The notes below the pieces were generated by a model. The model had not been told where the DNA came from. It made no database searches and was given only the letters and a program-made list of their open reading frames with translations. This document shows, piece after piece, positions 55,194-64,000 of a stretch of DNA of 64,000 bases (its first letter is position 1; each line of letters opens with the position of its first letter). This DNA is from an uncultured Clostridium sp. (GTDB lineage: Bacteria; Bacillota; Clostridia; TANB77; CAG-508): NCBI GenBank assembly GCA_948471035.1, contig CAOKRC010000003.1:13246-77245 (forward strand), in the 5' to 3' direction. The position numbers and the translations under genes are program-made.

Positions 55194-55261
55194 AAATATT
55201 GCAAAAGCCTACGGAAAATGATAGAATAACTAAGAAATAAAATATGAGAGGAGATATTGTT

Positions 55262-56536
55262 ATGACAACTCTACTAAAAAACGGAATAGTAATAGATTAC
55301 GCATCAAAATTAAACGAAAAAATGGACATATTAATTAAAGATGGAAAAATTATGAAATTAGCAAAACAAATAAACGAAAGTGCAGATAAGATTATAGACT
55401 GTACAGGATTATCTATTATGCCAGGAATGATAGATATGCATTGCCATTTAAGAGAACCAGGATTCGAACATAAAGAAACCATAGAAACAGGATCAAAAAG
55501 TGCTGTTAAAGGAGGATTTACTACAATTTGCCCTATGCCAAACACAAAACCAACTCCAGATAGCACTATTGTTTTATCTAAAATAATAGAAGAAGCAAAA
55601 AGAGTAAATTTATGTAATGTATTACCATTCGCAAGCGTAACAAAAGGAGAAAAAGGAGAAGAACTAGTAGATTTTAAAGAATTAAAAAATGCAGGAGCAA
55701 TAGCATTCTCAGACGATGGAATGCCAGTAGAAAATTCTGCAATGATTAGAAAAGCAATGATTGAAACAAATAAAATAGGAAGTTTTGTATCAGAACATTG
55801 TGAAGAAAAATCAGTATCAAGTGGAGCAATAAATGCAGGACCTATTGCTGAAAAATTAGAAGTAGGAGGAGTCCTACCAGAAGCAGAAGAAATAATGGCA
55901 GCACGTGATATAGTTATAGCAGAAACAAACAATTTACATACACACATCTGTCACATCAGCACAAAAACATCAGTAAACATGATAAGAGATGCAAAAAAAC
56001 GTGGGGTAAAAGTAACATGTGAAACATGTCCACACTATTATAGCTTTACAGTAGAAGAAGTGCTAAAATCAGGGGTAAATGCAAAAATGAACCCACCACT
56101 AAGAGAAGAAAAAGATAAAGAAGCAATAATAAAAGGACTACAAGATGGAACAATAGATGCAATAATTACAGACCACGCACCACATACAGAAGAAGAAAAA
56201 GCAAAAGGATTAGCGGGAGCACCAAATGGAATAATAGGATTTGAAACAGCCTTAGCAGCAACAATAACAAACTTAGTAGATAAAAAACACATATCATACT
56301 TAGATATGACAAGATTAATGAGTTATAACCCAGCAAAACTTCTAGGGCTAACAACAAAAGGTGAAATAAAAGAAGGATATGATGCAGACATAACAATATT
56401 TGACCCTGAAATTGAATATACATATGAAAAAGAAAGCATAGTATCAAAATCAAAAAACACACCATTTATAGGAAAAAAATTAAAAGGACAAGTAGCATAC
56501 ACAATAGTTAGCGGAAGAGTTGTATACGAAAGATAA
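55262..56536 (+). CDS. pyrC: Dihydroorotase
   Basis: DMHCHLREPG, MPNTKP, KMNPPLR, TDHAPH. Confidence 0.95.
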   Translation: MTTLLKNGIVIDYASKLNEKMDILIKDGKIMKLAKQINESADKIIDCTGLSIMPGMIDMHCHLREPGFEHKETIETGSKSAVKGGFTTICPMPNTKPTPDSTIVLSKIIEEAKRVNLCNVLPFASVTKGEKGEELVDFKELKNAGAIAFSDDGMPVENSAMIRKAMIETNKIGSFVSEHCEEKSVSSGAINAGPIAEKLEVGGVLPEAEEIMAARDIVIAETNNLHTHICHISTKTSVNMIRDAKKRGVKVTCETCPHYYSFTVEEVLKSGVNAKMNPPLREEKDKEAIIKGLQDGTIDAIITDHAPHTEEEKAKGLAGAPNGIIGFETALAATITNLVDKKHISYLDMTRLMSYNPAKLLGLTTKGEIKEGYDADITIFDPEIEYTYEKESIVSKSKNTPFIGKKLKGQVAYTIVSGRVVYER

Positions 56537-56540
56537 AAAG

Positions 56541-56644
56541 GTAGGGGTCAAAACGCCCTCGTCGACCCACCAATATACAAATAAAAATAATGCTAAAGTA
56601 TAAATAAGATATAAATTGTGTAGGGGCAGGCCCTGTGTCTGCCC
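56541..56644 (+). repeat. Pair of GTAG-type REP-like palindromes
   Basis: GTAGGGGTC...GACCC (56541-56568) and GTAGGGGCAGGCCCTGTGTCTGCCC (56620-56644). Confidence 0.7.
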
Positions 56645-56703
56645 AAAAAATAAATTAATTATGTAGAGGTTGAATGGTATGCAACCCAAGAGGAGAAAAA
56701 ACA

Positions 56704-57647
56704 ATGAAAAATGCAATGGACGAATTAATAAACAAAATCAAAGAATTAGATAATCCTACAGTAATAGGATTAGATCCACGATATGATATGATACCAGAAT
56801 GCATAAGAAATAAATACGAACAAACTATAGAAGGTGCATGTGATGCAATAATAGAATTCAATAAAGCATTAATAGATGCAACATATGACATAATTCCAGC
56901 AGTAAAACCACAAATAGCATTCTATGAAATGTTTGGTATTCCGGGAATGAAAGCATTTAAAGAAACTTGTGAATATGCAAAGAAAAAAGAAATGTGCGTA
57001 ATAATAGATGCCAAAAGAGGAGACATAGGATCAACTGCAGAAGGATACTCTAATGCATTTATTGGAAAAACACCAATAGGAGATAAAAAAGAAGCAATAT
57101 TTGATGCAGAATTTGTTACAGTAAACCCATATTTAGGAAGTGATGGAATAAAACCATTTATAAAAGACTGTACAGAATATGGAAAAGGAATATTCATAAT
57201 CTTAAAAACATCAAACCCATCATCAGGAGAATTACAAAATGTAATAACAGAAACACGGAGAAGAAATATATAAACATATGGCAAAACTAATAAACGACTG
57301 GGGAAAAGACTTAATAGGAGAAAACGGATATAGTTCAGTATCAGTAGTAGTAGGAGCAACACATCCTCATGAATTACAAGAACTAAGAAAATTAATGCCA
57401 AATGCCTTCTTCCTAATTCCAGGGTATGGAGCACAAGGGCGGAAAAGCCCAAGATATAGCACTAGGGTTTGATAAAGATGGAATAGGTGGAATAATAAAC
57501 GCATCAAGAAGCCTAATGTGTGCATACAAAAAAGAAGAATGGAAAGAAAAATTTGAAGAAAAAGATTTTGCTAAAGCAACAAGAGCAGAAGCAATAAGAA
57601 TGAGAGATGAATTAAATACAGCAATAAAAAACAAAAAAGGAGAATAA
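56704..57647 (+). CDS. pyrF: Orotidine-5'-phosphate decarboxylase, ~313 aa via two +1 shifts at CGG (57256, 57440)
   Basis: GLDP, KPQIAFYE, DAKRGDIGST, KTSNPSS, VVGAT, PGYGAQG[C]G-KAQD, INASRS; 944 nt = 314 codons + 2. Confidence 0.92.
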
Positions 57648-57651
57648 AGTA

Positions 57652-58446
57652 ATGAAAGTAAATTGCAAAGCAGAAATTTTAAAGATAGAAAAATTAAAAG
57701 AAGATCTATATAAATTCAGCATAAGAGCAGAAGAAATAGTAAAATCTGCAAAACCAGGTCATTTTATAGAAATTAGAGTAGTAGATGCAATAGAACCACT
57801 ATTAAGACGTCCAATAAGTATATATAACTTAGAAAAAGAAAAAGGAATATTAGAATTCATATTCCAAGTAAAAGGAAAAGGAACAGAATTACTTGCTAAA
57901 CGTAAAGTAGGAGAAAAATTAGATATATTAGGGCCACTTGGATATGGAACATTTAGCATAAAAGATTATAAAAAAGTAGCAATAATTGGTGGAGGGATTG
58001 GAATATTCCCATTATATGAACTAGCAAAAGAATTAAAACAAGAAACAACTACAAATGTTCACGTATATATGGGGTTTAGAAACAAAGAATTAATAACACT
58101 AGAAAAAGAATTTAAAAGCGTATCAAATGAACTAACAATCACAACAGATGATGGAAGCTACGGAATACAAGGATATGCAATAAATGAACTAAAAAAAGAC
58201 TGTGAAAAAGAAACACCTGATAAAATATTTGCATGTGGACCATTACCAATGCTAAAAGCAGTTCAAAGCTATGCAAAAGAGAAAAACATACCATGCGAAA
58301 TATCACTAGAACAAAAAATGGCATGTGGAATAGGAGTATGTTTGGGCTGTGCAGTAAAAACAGCAAAAAGTCCAGAAGATGCACCAGTTTATTGGCATGT
58401 ATGTAAAGCAGGACCAGTATTTAATGCAAATGACGTAGAAATTTAG
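57652..58446 (+). CDS. pyrK: Dihydroorotate dehydrogenase electron transfer subunit
   Basis: LRRPISI, GGGIG, CGPLPML, MACGIGVCLGC...VCKAGPVF. Confidence 0.93.
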   Translation: MKVNCKAEILKIEKLKEDLYKFSIRAEEIVKSAKPGHFIEIRVVDAIEPLLRRPISIYNLEKEKGILEFIFQVKGKGTELLAKRKVGEKLDILGPLGYGTFSIKDYKKVAIIGGGIGIFPLYELAKELKQETTTNVHVYMGFRNKELITLEKEFKSVSNELTITTDDGSYGIQGYAINELKKDCEKETPDKIFACGPLPMLKAVQSYAKEKNIPCEISLEQKMACGIGVCLGCAVKTAKSPEDAPVYWHVCKAGPVFNANDVEI

Positions 58447-58458
58447 AGGAAAAAATAT

Positions 58459-58537
58459 GTATGGGTTGATGCCCACATCAACCCACAAAGAGAAAAACAA
58501 ACCAATAAATATGTAGGGGCAGGCCCTGTGTCTGCCC
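58459..58537 (+). repeat. Pair of REP-like palindromes
   Basis: GTATGGGTTGATGCCCACATCAACCC (58459-58484) and GTAGGGGCAGGCCCTGTGTCTGCCC (58513-58537, identical to 56620-56644). Confidence 0.7.
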
Positions 58538-58630
58538 TTACTAAGAAAGAATACCCTAAAATATGATACAATAAAACAATTGAAAGGCGAACACAGAATA
58601 CAAAATATAAAATAAAAAAGGAGAAAAACA

Positions 58631-59539
58631 ATGAATACAAGTGTAAATTTAGCAGGAATTCCAATGAAAAACCCAGTAACCGTAGCATCAGGAACATTTG
58701 GATATGGAAGAGAATTTGAAGAATTTATAGATTTAAACAAACTAGGAGGAATATGCACAAAAGGAACTTCTCTAAAACCAAAAGCAGGAAACAAACCACC
58801 ACGTGTATATGAAACAACAGCTGGAATGTTAAACTCAATAGGATTACAAAATCCAGGAGTAGAATATTTCATGAATAACGATTTACCATACTTAAAGAAA
58901 TTTGACACTGCAATAATCGTAAATGCTTGTGGAAGTTCAATAGATGAATACGTAGAGCTTGCAAAAGTATTAAACACTCTAGATATAGACGGTGTAGAAC
59001 TAAACCTATCTTGCCCAAACGTAAAAGCAGGATGTATGGCATTTGGAACAACCTATGAAGGAGTAAAACAAGTAACAAGTGAAGTAAGAAAAGTACTAGA
59101 TAAACCATTAATAGTAAAATTAACACCAAACGTAACAGATATTACTTTACCTGCAAAAGGAGCAGAAGATGCAGGAGCAGACGGAATATCACTAATAAAT
59201 ACACTACTTGGAATGAGCATAGATATACAATCAAGAAGACCACACCTAGCAAACAATATGGGAGGACTATCAGGACCAAGCATAAAACCAGTAGCCGTAA
59301 GAATGGTATATCAAGCATCAAAAGCTGTAAAAATACCAGTATTAGGACTTGGAGGAATAGTAACAGGAGAAGACGCAATAGAATTTATGCTAGCAGGAGC
59401 AAGTGCAGTATCAGTAGGAACAGGAAACTTCATAGCACCAGACCAATCAATAAAAGTAGTAGAAGGAATAGAAAATTATATGAAAAAATATAATGTAGAC
59501 GATATAAACAGCATAGTAGGAACTGTGCAAATGAACTAA
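58631..59539 (+). CDS. pyrD: Dihydroorotate dehydrogenase 1B catalytic subunit
   Basis: ASGTFG, NSIGLQNPG, ELNLSCPNV, KLTPN, GGLSG. Confidence 0.95.
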   Translation: MNTSVNLAGIPMKNPVTVASGTFGYGREFEEFIDLNKLGGICTKGTSLKPKAGNKPPRVYETTAGMLNSIGLQNPGVEYFMNNDLPYLKKFDTAIIVNACGSSIDEYVELAKVLNTLDIDGVELNLSCPNVKAGCMAFGTTYEGVKQVTSEVRKVLDKPLIVKLTPNVTDITLPAKGAEDAGADGISLINTLLGMSIDIQSRRPHLANNMGGLSGPSIKPVAVRMVYQASKAVKIPVLGLGGIVTGEDAIEFMLAGASAVSVGTGNFIAPDQSIKVVEGIENYMKKYNVDDINSIVGTVQMN

Positions 59540-59611
59540 AAGAGAAAACGATACCCTAAAAAGACAGGGTATCGTTATTATTTGCAACTGTTAAAAACTA
59601 AAGAACAACAA

Positions 59612-60067
59612 CTACTCTAAAGAATCAAGATTAATAAACTCTTTTGCTTTCTCTAAATTAACAGAGAAAGGCTCAGGTTCAACATCATTTCCAGAGTAAG
59701 AATATAATACATCGATTTGCTCATAAGGAAAAAGGGGATTTCTTCTTATATAAACAAAAGAAATTTCATTATCTGCCCGTAATTTGGTATCAAATTTGTT
59801 TGTGGGTAGTAATAATGCTTTAGTAAATGATGTTGGTATTTTGGATATTGCTTCGATATTGTGGACTCTTATTGAATATGTATTAATCTTAGAAAAAAGA
59901 AAACCACAAAGAGATATAAAAAATGCAAAAAAAGCAATTAACAAAATAAATTGTGTAGGTTGAGAAAGATCAAGTAACCAAACAACAAATAATAGAGCAC
60001 TGAGAAAAAAAATAAATATAGCAAGATATTTATTTATTTTCCGTTTTAAAACAGTTAATTCGTCCAT
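59612..60067 (-). CDS. Hypothetical two-TM membrane protein containing two in-frame CGG codons
   Basis: AAGGAGG RBS, two hydrophobic helices; CGG at codons 9 and 97. Confidence 0.6.
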   Translation of the reverse strand: MDELTVLKRKINKYLAIFIFFLSALLFVVWLLDLSQPTQFILLIAFFAFFISLCGFLFSKINTYSIRVHNIEAISKIPTSFTKALLLPTNKFDTKLRADNEISFVYIRRNPLFPYEQIDVLYSYSGNDVEPEPFSVNLEKAKEFINLDSLE

Positions 60068-60185
60068 ATTTCCTCCTTATAATATAGTTTCTAGTAAATA
60101 ACAGTTGCAATATGTTACAAATGCATAAGCATCTACATAATCATATCACAAATTTATGTAAATTGCAAACATTACTCTATTTCCG

Positions 60186-61790
60186 CAGTAAAAAAGAGTA
60201 AATTCTTATAGTTTACTTGTTAGTTGCTTAAACAATGGTAAATATTGGTAAAACATGTACTTGTTCACATTAGTCTTGTATTTGTACTATTATTTTCCAC
60301 ATAATTATGCTACTTTTATTAATCACTCCAAAAATTTTACTTTTTTAAGCTTTTTTCTTCCATTTTATTTACTTTTATTATATAATTCAATCAAATCTTA
60401 GTTGTATTACGCTATGTACTTCTAAGTTTGTGATTGTTGAGATAAGCGTTATTTTAAGGGAATGGCTTATCTCTCTTATTTTTAGCTTTAATTCTTTTAC
60501 TGCTTTGTTTCCCTTTTCTACTAGTTGCCTTATTATATGTGCTATTTGTATTAATAGATAATGTATTTTTATTGCTATTGCATTCTTACTATACAAATGT
60601 CCTATATCAAATGTTCCATTCTTTTGTATGTTAAAACCTTCATTTTCTATTTTCCACCTTTTTCGCCCTATATTTATACTGTTTTCTATATTTTTATTGC
60701 TTATTGATAAATTTGTTATATATATGAACTCCGTTTTTTTCTTCGCTTCTATATATTTTATTATATTTACTTTCTCTTCTTGATAATCTAATCCTGTTAC
60801 AAATTCATAATTCGCTTTATTGCTTTCATTATTTTTTTCTACTACTGTTTCATATTCTCTGTACAACGTTGGTATTGCTCCTTCTTTAAAGCGTATCATA
60901 TAATTCCATCCATTTTCTTTGCATATGTCCATTACTGGTTTACATGCATACAAGGCATCTCCACTTAACAATATTTTTAGTCTTGGATATTCTTTTTTTA
61001 GCTTTTTGGCTAATCTTGCAAATGCTTTCCTTTCACAATCTTGCTTTTCTTCTTCATTGCTCATATTTTTACTTCCATTTTCTACAAATTCACTTCCTAT
61101 GCTAAACACCATATCTCCAACTACTAATTTCGCTTCTAACACATATGTGCTATATTCTTGGTATTCTTTCCCTTGTTTGTCTGTTTTATTTTTTATCAAA
61201 CAGTTTTCATTATATTTCTTTCTACTTGTTGCCAGTCCTGTTCCATCTACTATCACATGATAATACTTTCCTCGTATTTTATACTTTTCTATCATCTTTG
61301 CTCTTATCATCTTATTTATCATATATTTTCTTATTTCTTCTATTTCTGCTACATCTACTTTTTCAAATACATTATTTATGGTATCACAATGTGGAATTTC
61401 TTCTAGCTCTAGTTTGCAGATATTTGCTATATTTTTTATTGCTTCTTCTGTATTAAATTCACTTGTTATTCCATGCATACTTTTTATTTCACACATTAGT
61501 CCCATTATCCTTACTATGAATATTACTTTCATCTCATATGTTACATACGATTGATTTCTTAAATCTGTTAACCCTTCAAATTTATCTATTAGCTCTGGAA
61601 AATACTGTTTTATCACATTTACTACTTCTTTTAATATATTTATTTCCTTCTTTTTTTCTCTTTTTTCTTTTCTATTCAAAAAACATCATCCCTTTACGAT
61701 AAATTTTTTCTAATTTTATCATATGAATAATGTTTTTTGTTTATTTTTCAATACTTTTTTATTGCGAAAAATTTTTACTCTTTTTTACTG
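60186..61790 (-). mobile_element. Insertion sequence (ISAs1/ISNCY-like DDE element)
   Basis: 17-bp perfect IRs CAGTAAAAAAGAGTAAA / TTTACTCTTTTTTACTG; 9-bp TSD CTATTTCCG at 60177-60185 and 61791-61799. Confidence 0.92.
60387..61679 (-). CDS. DDE transposase
   Basis: DLRNQSYVTY, PHCDTI, VDGTG, GDALYA, RKRWKIENEGFN. Confidence 0.9.
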   Translation of the reverse strand: MNRKEKREKKKEINILKEVVNVIKQYFPELIDKFEGLTDLRNQSYVTYEMKVIFIVRIMGLMCEIKSMHGITSEFNTEEAIKNIANICKLELEEIPHCDTINNVFEKVDVAEIEEIRKYMINKMIRAKMIEKYKIRGKYYHVIVDGTGLATSRKKYNENCLIKNKTDKQGKEYQEYSTYVLEAKLVVGDMVFSIGSEFVENGSKNMSNEEEKQDCERKAFARLAKKLKKEYPRLKILLSGDALYACKPVMDICKENGWNYMIRFKEGAIPTLYREYETVVEKNNESNKANYEFVTGLDYQEEKVNIIKYIEAKKKTEFIYITNLSISNKNIENSINIGRKRWKIENEGFNIQKNGTFDIGHLYSKNAIAIKIHYLLIQIAHIIRQLVEKGNKAVKELKLKIREISHSLKITLISTITNLEVHSVIQLRFD

Positions 61791-61882
61791 CTATTTCCGT
61801 AAGAAAATTTTGCAAAAAACTTGTAAAAAAAGTCGTAATATAGTATTATATAATGGTATAAAAAAGAAAAGGAGATGCCTTT

Positions 61883-62923
61883 ATGGAAAAAAGTTTTAGC
61901 AAGTCATATAAAGAAGCGGGAGTAGATGTAACAGCAGGATATAAATCAGTAGAACTAATGAAATCATATGTACAAAGCACATATACCGAGGGAGTAATTG
62001 GAGACCTTGGAGGTTTTGGTGGACTTTTTGCGCCTAATATAACAAATATGAAAAAACCAATTTTAGTATCTGGAACAGATGGAGTAGGAACAAAACTAAA
62101 ATTGGCTTTTTTAATGAACAAACATGATACAATAGGACAAGACTGCGTAGCAATGTGTGTAAATGATATAGTATGCTGTGGTGCAAAACCATTATTTTTC
62201 TTAGACTATATGTCACTATGGAAAAACATACCAGAAATGGTAGCTACAATAGTAAAGGGAGTAACAGATGGTTGTAAATTAGCAGGATGTGCACTAGTAG
62301 GTGGAGAAACAGCAGAAATGCCAGGATTATACGCAGAAAATGAATATGACCTAGCAGGATTTAGTGTAGGAATAGTAGATAAAGAAAAAATGATAAATCC
62401 AGAAACAATAGAAATTGGGGATGTAGTAATAGGGCTTGCCTCAAGCGGAGTACATTCAAATGGATTTTCACTTGTAAGAAAAGTATTTAATGTAAATGAA
62501 GAAAACCTAAAAGAATACAAACCAGAATTAGGGTGTACATTAGGGGAAGCACTAATAGAGCCAACAAAAATATATGTAAAACCAGTTCTAAAACTATTAC
62601 AAGAAGTAAATGTAAAAGGAATCTCACACATAACAGGAGGAGGATTCTACGAGAATATGCCAAGAATGTTAAATGAAAAAGTAGCATTAAACATAGATAA
62701 AAATTCATATGAAGTACCAGCAATATTTAGATTAATCCAAAAAGAAGGAAACATTCCTGAAAGAGATATGTACAACACATTTAATATGGGAATAGGAATG
62801 GCAATCATAGTTTCAAAAGAAGAAAAAGAAAGAGCACTACAAATCCTAAAAGAAGCAGGAGAAACAGCTTATGTAATAGGAGAAGTAGTAGAAGGAAATA
62901 AAGAGATAAATATAAATTTATAA
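61883..62923 (+). CDS. purM: Phosphoribosylformylglycinamidine cyclo-ligase
   Basis: YKEAGVDV, GTDGVGTK, GGETAEMPG, GVHSNGFSLVRK, TFNMGIG. Confidence 0.95.
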   Translation: MEKSFSKSYKEAGVDVTAGYKSVELMKSYVQSTYTEGVIGDLGGFGGLFAPNITNMKKPILVSGTDGVGTKLKLAFLMNKHDTIGQDCVAMCVNDIVCCGAKPLFFLDYMSLWKNIPEMVATIVKGVTDGCKLAGCALVGGETAEMPGLYAENEYDLAGFSVGIVDKEKMINPETIEIGDVVIGLASSGVHSNGFSLVRKVFNVNEENLKEYKPELGCTLGEALIEPTKIYVKPVLKLLQEVNVKGISHITGGGFYENMPRMLNEKVALNIDKNSYEVPAIFRLIQKEGNIPERDMYNTFNMGIGMAIIVSKEEKERALQILKEAGETAYVIGEVVEGNKEININL

Positions 62924-62940
62924 TAAACTATACCATTATA

Positions 62941-63047
62941 GCGTGAATGAAGTAATATATTTATTTTCAAAAGTGGAGTACACGGAGTCTATGGAGGCTA
63001 GTCAAGTGTCGGAACTTTTCAAAATAAATATATTACTTCATGGAAGC
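62941..63047. repeat. ~107-bp intergenic hairpin element, copy 2
   Basis: TGAAGTAATATATTTATTTTCAAAAGT ... ACTTTTCAAAATAAATATATTACTTCA. Confidence 0.8.
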
Positions 63048-63083
63048 AGATAGTAAAACAAATAAATAAAGGAGGCTTACCAA

Positions 63084-64000
63084 ATGGTAAAAAGAATTTA
63101 TGTACAAAAAAGACCAGGATTTGATGTAGAGGCAAAAGGAATATTAAAAGACTTACAAGAAAATCTACAAATAAAAGAACTAGAAGACGTAATCCTATTA
63201 AACAGATATGATGTATCAGGAATAGATGAAGAAACTTATGAAAAAGCAAAAAATACAGTATTCTCAGAACCACAAGTAGATATGTGTTTTGATGAAGAAT
63301 ATGATTTTGGAGAAAATAAAGTATTTGCAGTGGAATTCTTACCAGGGCAATTTGATCAAAGAGCATCATCACTTGCTGAATGTTTACAAATAATAAGTGC
63401 AGGAGAACGACCAATTGCAAAATCAGCAAAAGTATATGTACTAAAAGGTAAAATTACAGACATACAAGTAGAACAAATAAAAAAATACTTAATTAACTCA
63501 GTAGATTCGAGACTTGCAAGCTTAGATAAGCCAGAATTTTTAGAAGACAAAATGCAAGAACCAGAAGATGTAAAGACAATAGAAGGATTTATAAATATGA
63601 CAGACGAAGATGCTAAAGAATTCTATGAAAAATATGGATTTGCAATGGATTTAGCAGATTTAAAATTCTGTCAAAAATACTTTAGAGATGAAGAAAAAAG
63701 AGATCCAACTATGACAGAAATGAAAATGATAGATACATACTGGTCAGACCATTGTCGTCATACAACATTCCTTACAAAATTAGAAGTAATAGATATAAAA
63801 TGGGATTTACTAAAAGAGATTTATGAAGACTATATAGCATCAAGAAAATTTGTATATGAAGATAGAAAAAAAGACATATGTTTAATGGACGTTGCAACAA
63901 TAGCAGCAAAAGAATTAAAAAAACGTGGAATATTAAAAGATTTAGACGAATCAGAAGAAATAAATGCTTGTAGCATAAAAGCAAATATTATGGTAGATGG
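63084..64000 (+). CDS. purL: Phosphoribosylformylglycinamidine synthase, large fused type (partial, runs off window end)
   Basis: Manual translation MVKRIYVQKRPGFDVEA...EFLPGQFDQRA...DTYWSDHCRHTTF...SEEINACS; AAGGAGG RBS. Confidence 0.92.
   Translation, partial: MVKRIYVQKRPGFDVEAKGILKDLQENLQIKELEDVILLNRYDVSGIDEETYEKAKNTVFSEPQVDMCFDEEYDFGENKVFAVEFLPGQFDQRASSLAECLQIISAGERPIAKSAKVYVLKGKITDIQVEQIKKYLINSVDSRLASLDKPEFLEDKMQEPEDVKTIEGFINMTDEDAKEFYEKYGFAMDLADLKFCQKYFRDEEKRDPTMTEMKMIDTYWSDHCRHTTFLTKLEVIDIKWDLLKEIYEDYIASRKFVYEDRKKDICLMDVATIAAKELKKRGILKDLDESEEINACSIKANIMVD

Noticed and set aside
1478-57443. Simple reassignment of CGG to another amino acid (Trp/Gln)
   Set aside because: Reassignment keeps the frame; here homology continues only in the +1 frame and the 0 frame soon hits a stop.
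1352-57647. Treating the split genes as ordinary pseudogenes or homopolymer sequencing errors
   Set aside because: All 14 breaks share one codon-phased motif, are not in homopolymer runs, always need +1 and leave motifs intact. An artefact is not formally excluded without reads.
241-63984. Numerous short antisense ORFs in the ORF track (e.g. 3055-3528, 10041-10499, 55297-55947, 58306-58977)
   Set aside because: They are shadows of well-supported genes on the opposite strand, with F/L/S/I-rich composition and no recognisable motifs.

Overview
Very AT-rich chromosomal window, probably from a Clostridia-like firmicute (inferred from gene content). It holds housekeeping genes (hisS, pyrC/F/K/D, purM, partial purL, tex, corA, ABC-F proteins), a C-A-T-C-A-T-R NRPS next to a membrane histidine kinase and a REC/HD-GYP regulator, an intact IS with 17-bp IRs and a 9-bp TSD, and a ~21.9-kb integrated element (7083-28953). 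Main finding: eight genes that look broken (ECF sigma, integrase, excisionase, a second tyrosine recombinase, an AAA ATPase, the histidine kinase, htrA, pyrF) all break at an in-frame CGG codon. At all 14 sites, skipping the C and reading CGGN as GGN (Gly) restores the full-length frame, often at an invariant glycine. This points to pervasive +1 recoding (or 4-base decoding) at CGG in this lineage; one ORF (59612-60067) with two ordinary in-frame CGG codons is an exception. The integrated element splits the host tRNA-Lys(CTT) at the anticodon loop, supplies a complete divergent replacement tRNA-Lys(CTT), and also carries a ribosomal protein bS6 gene. All calls come from reading the sequence by eye; no searches were run.
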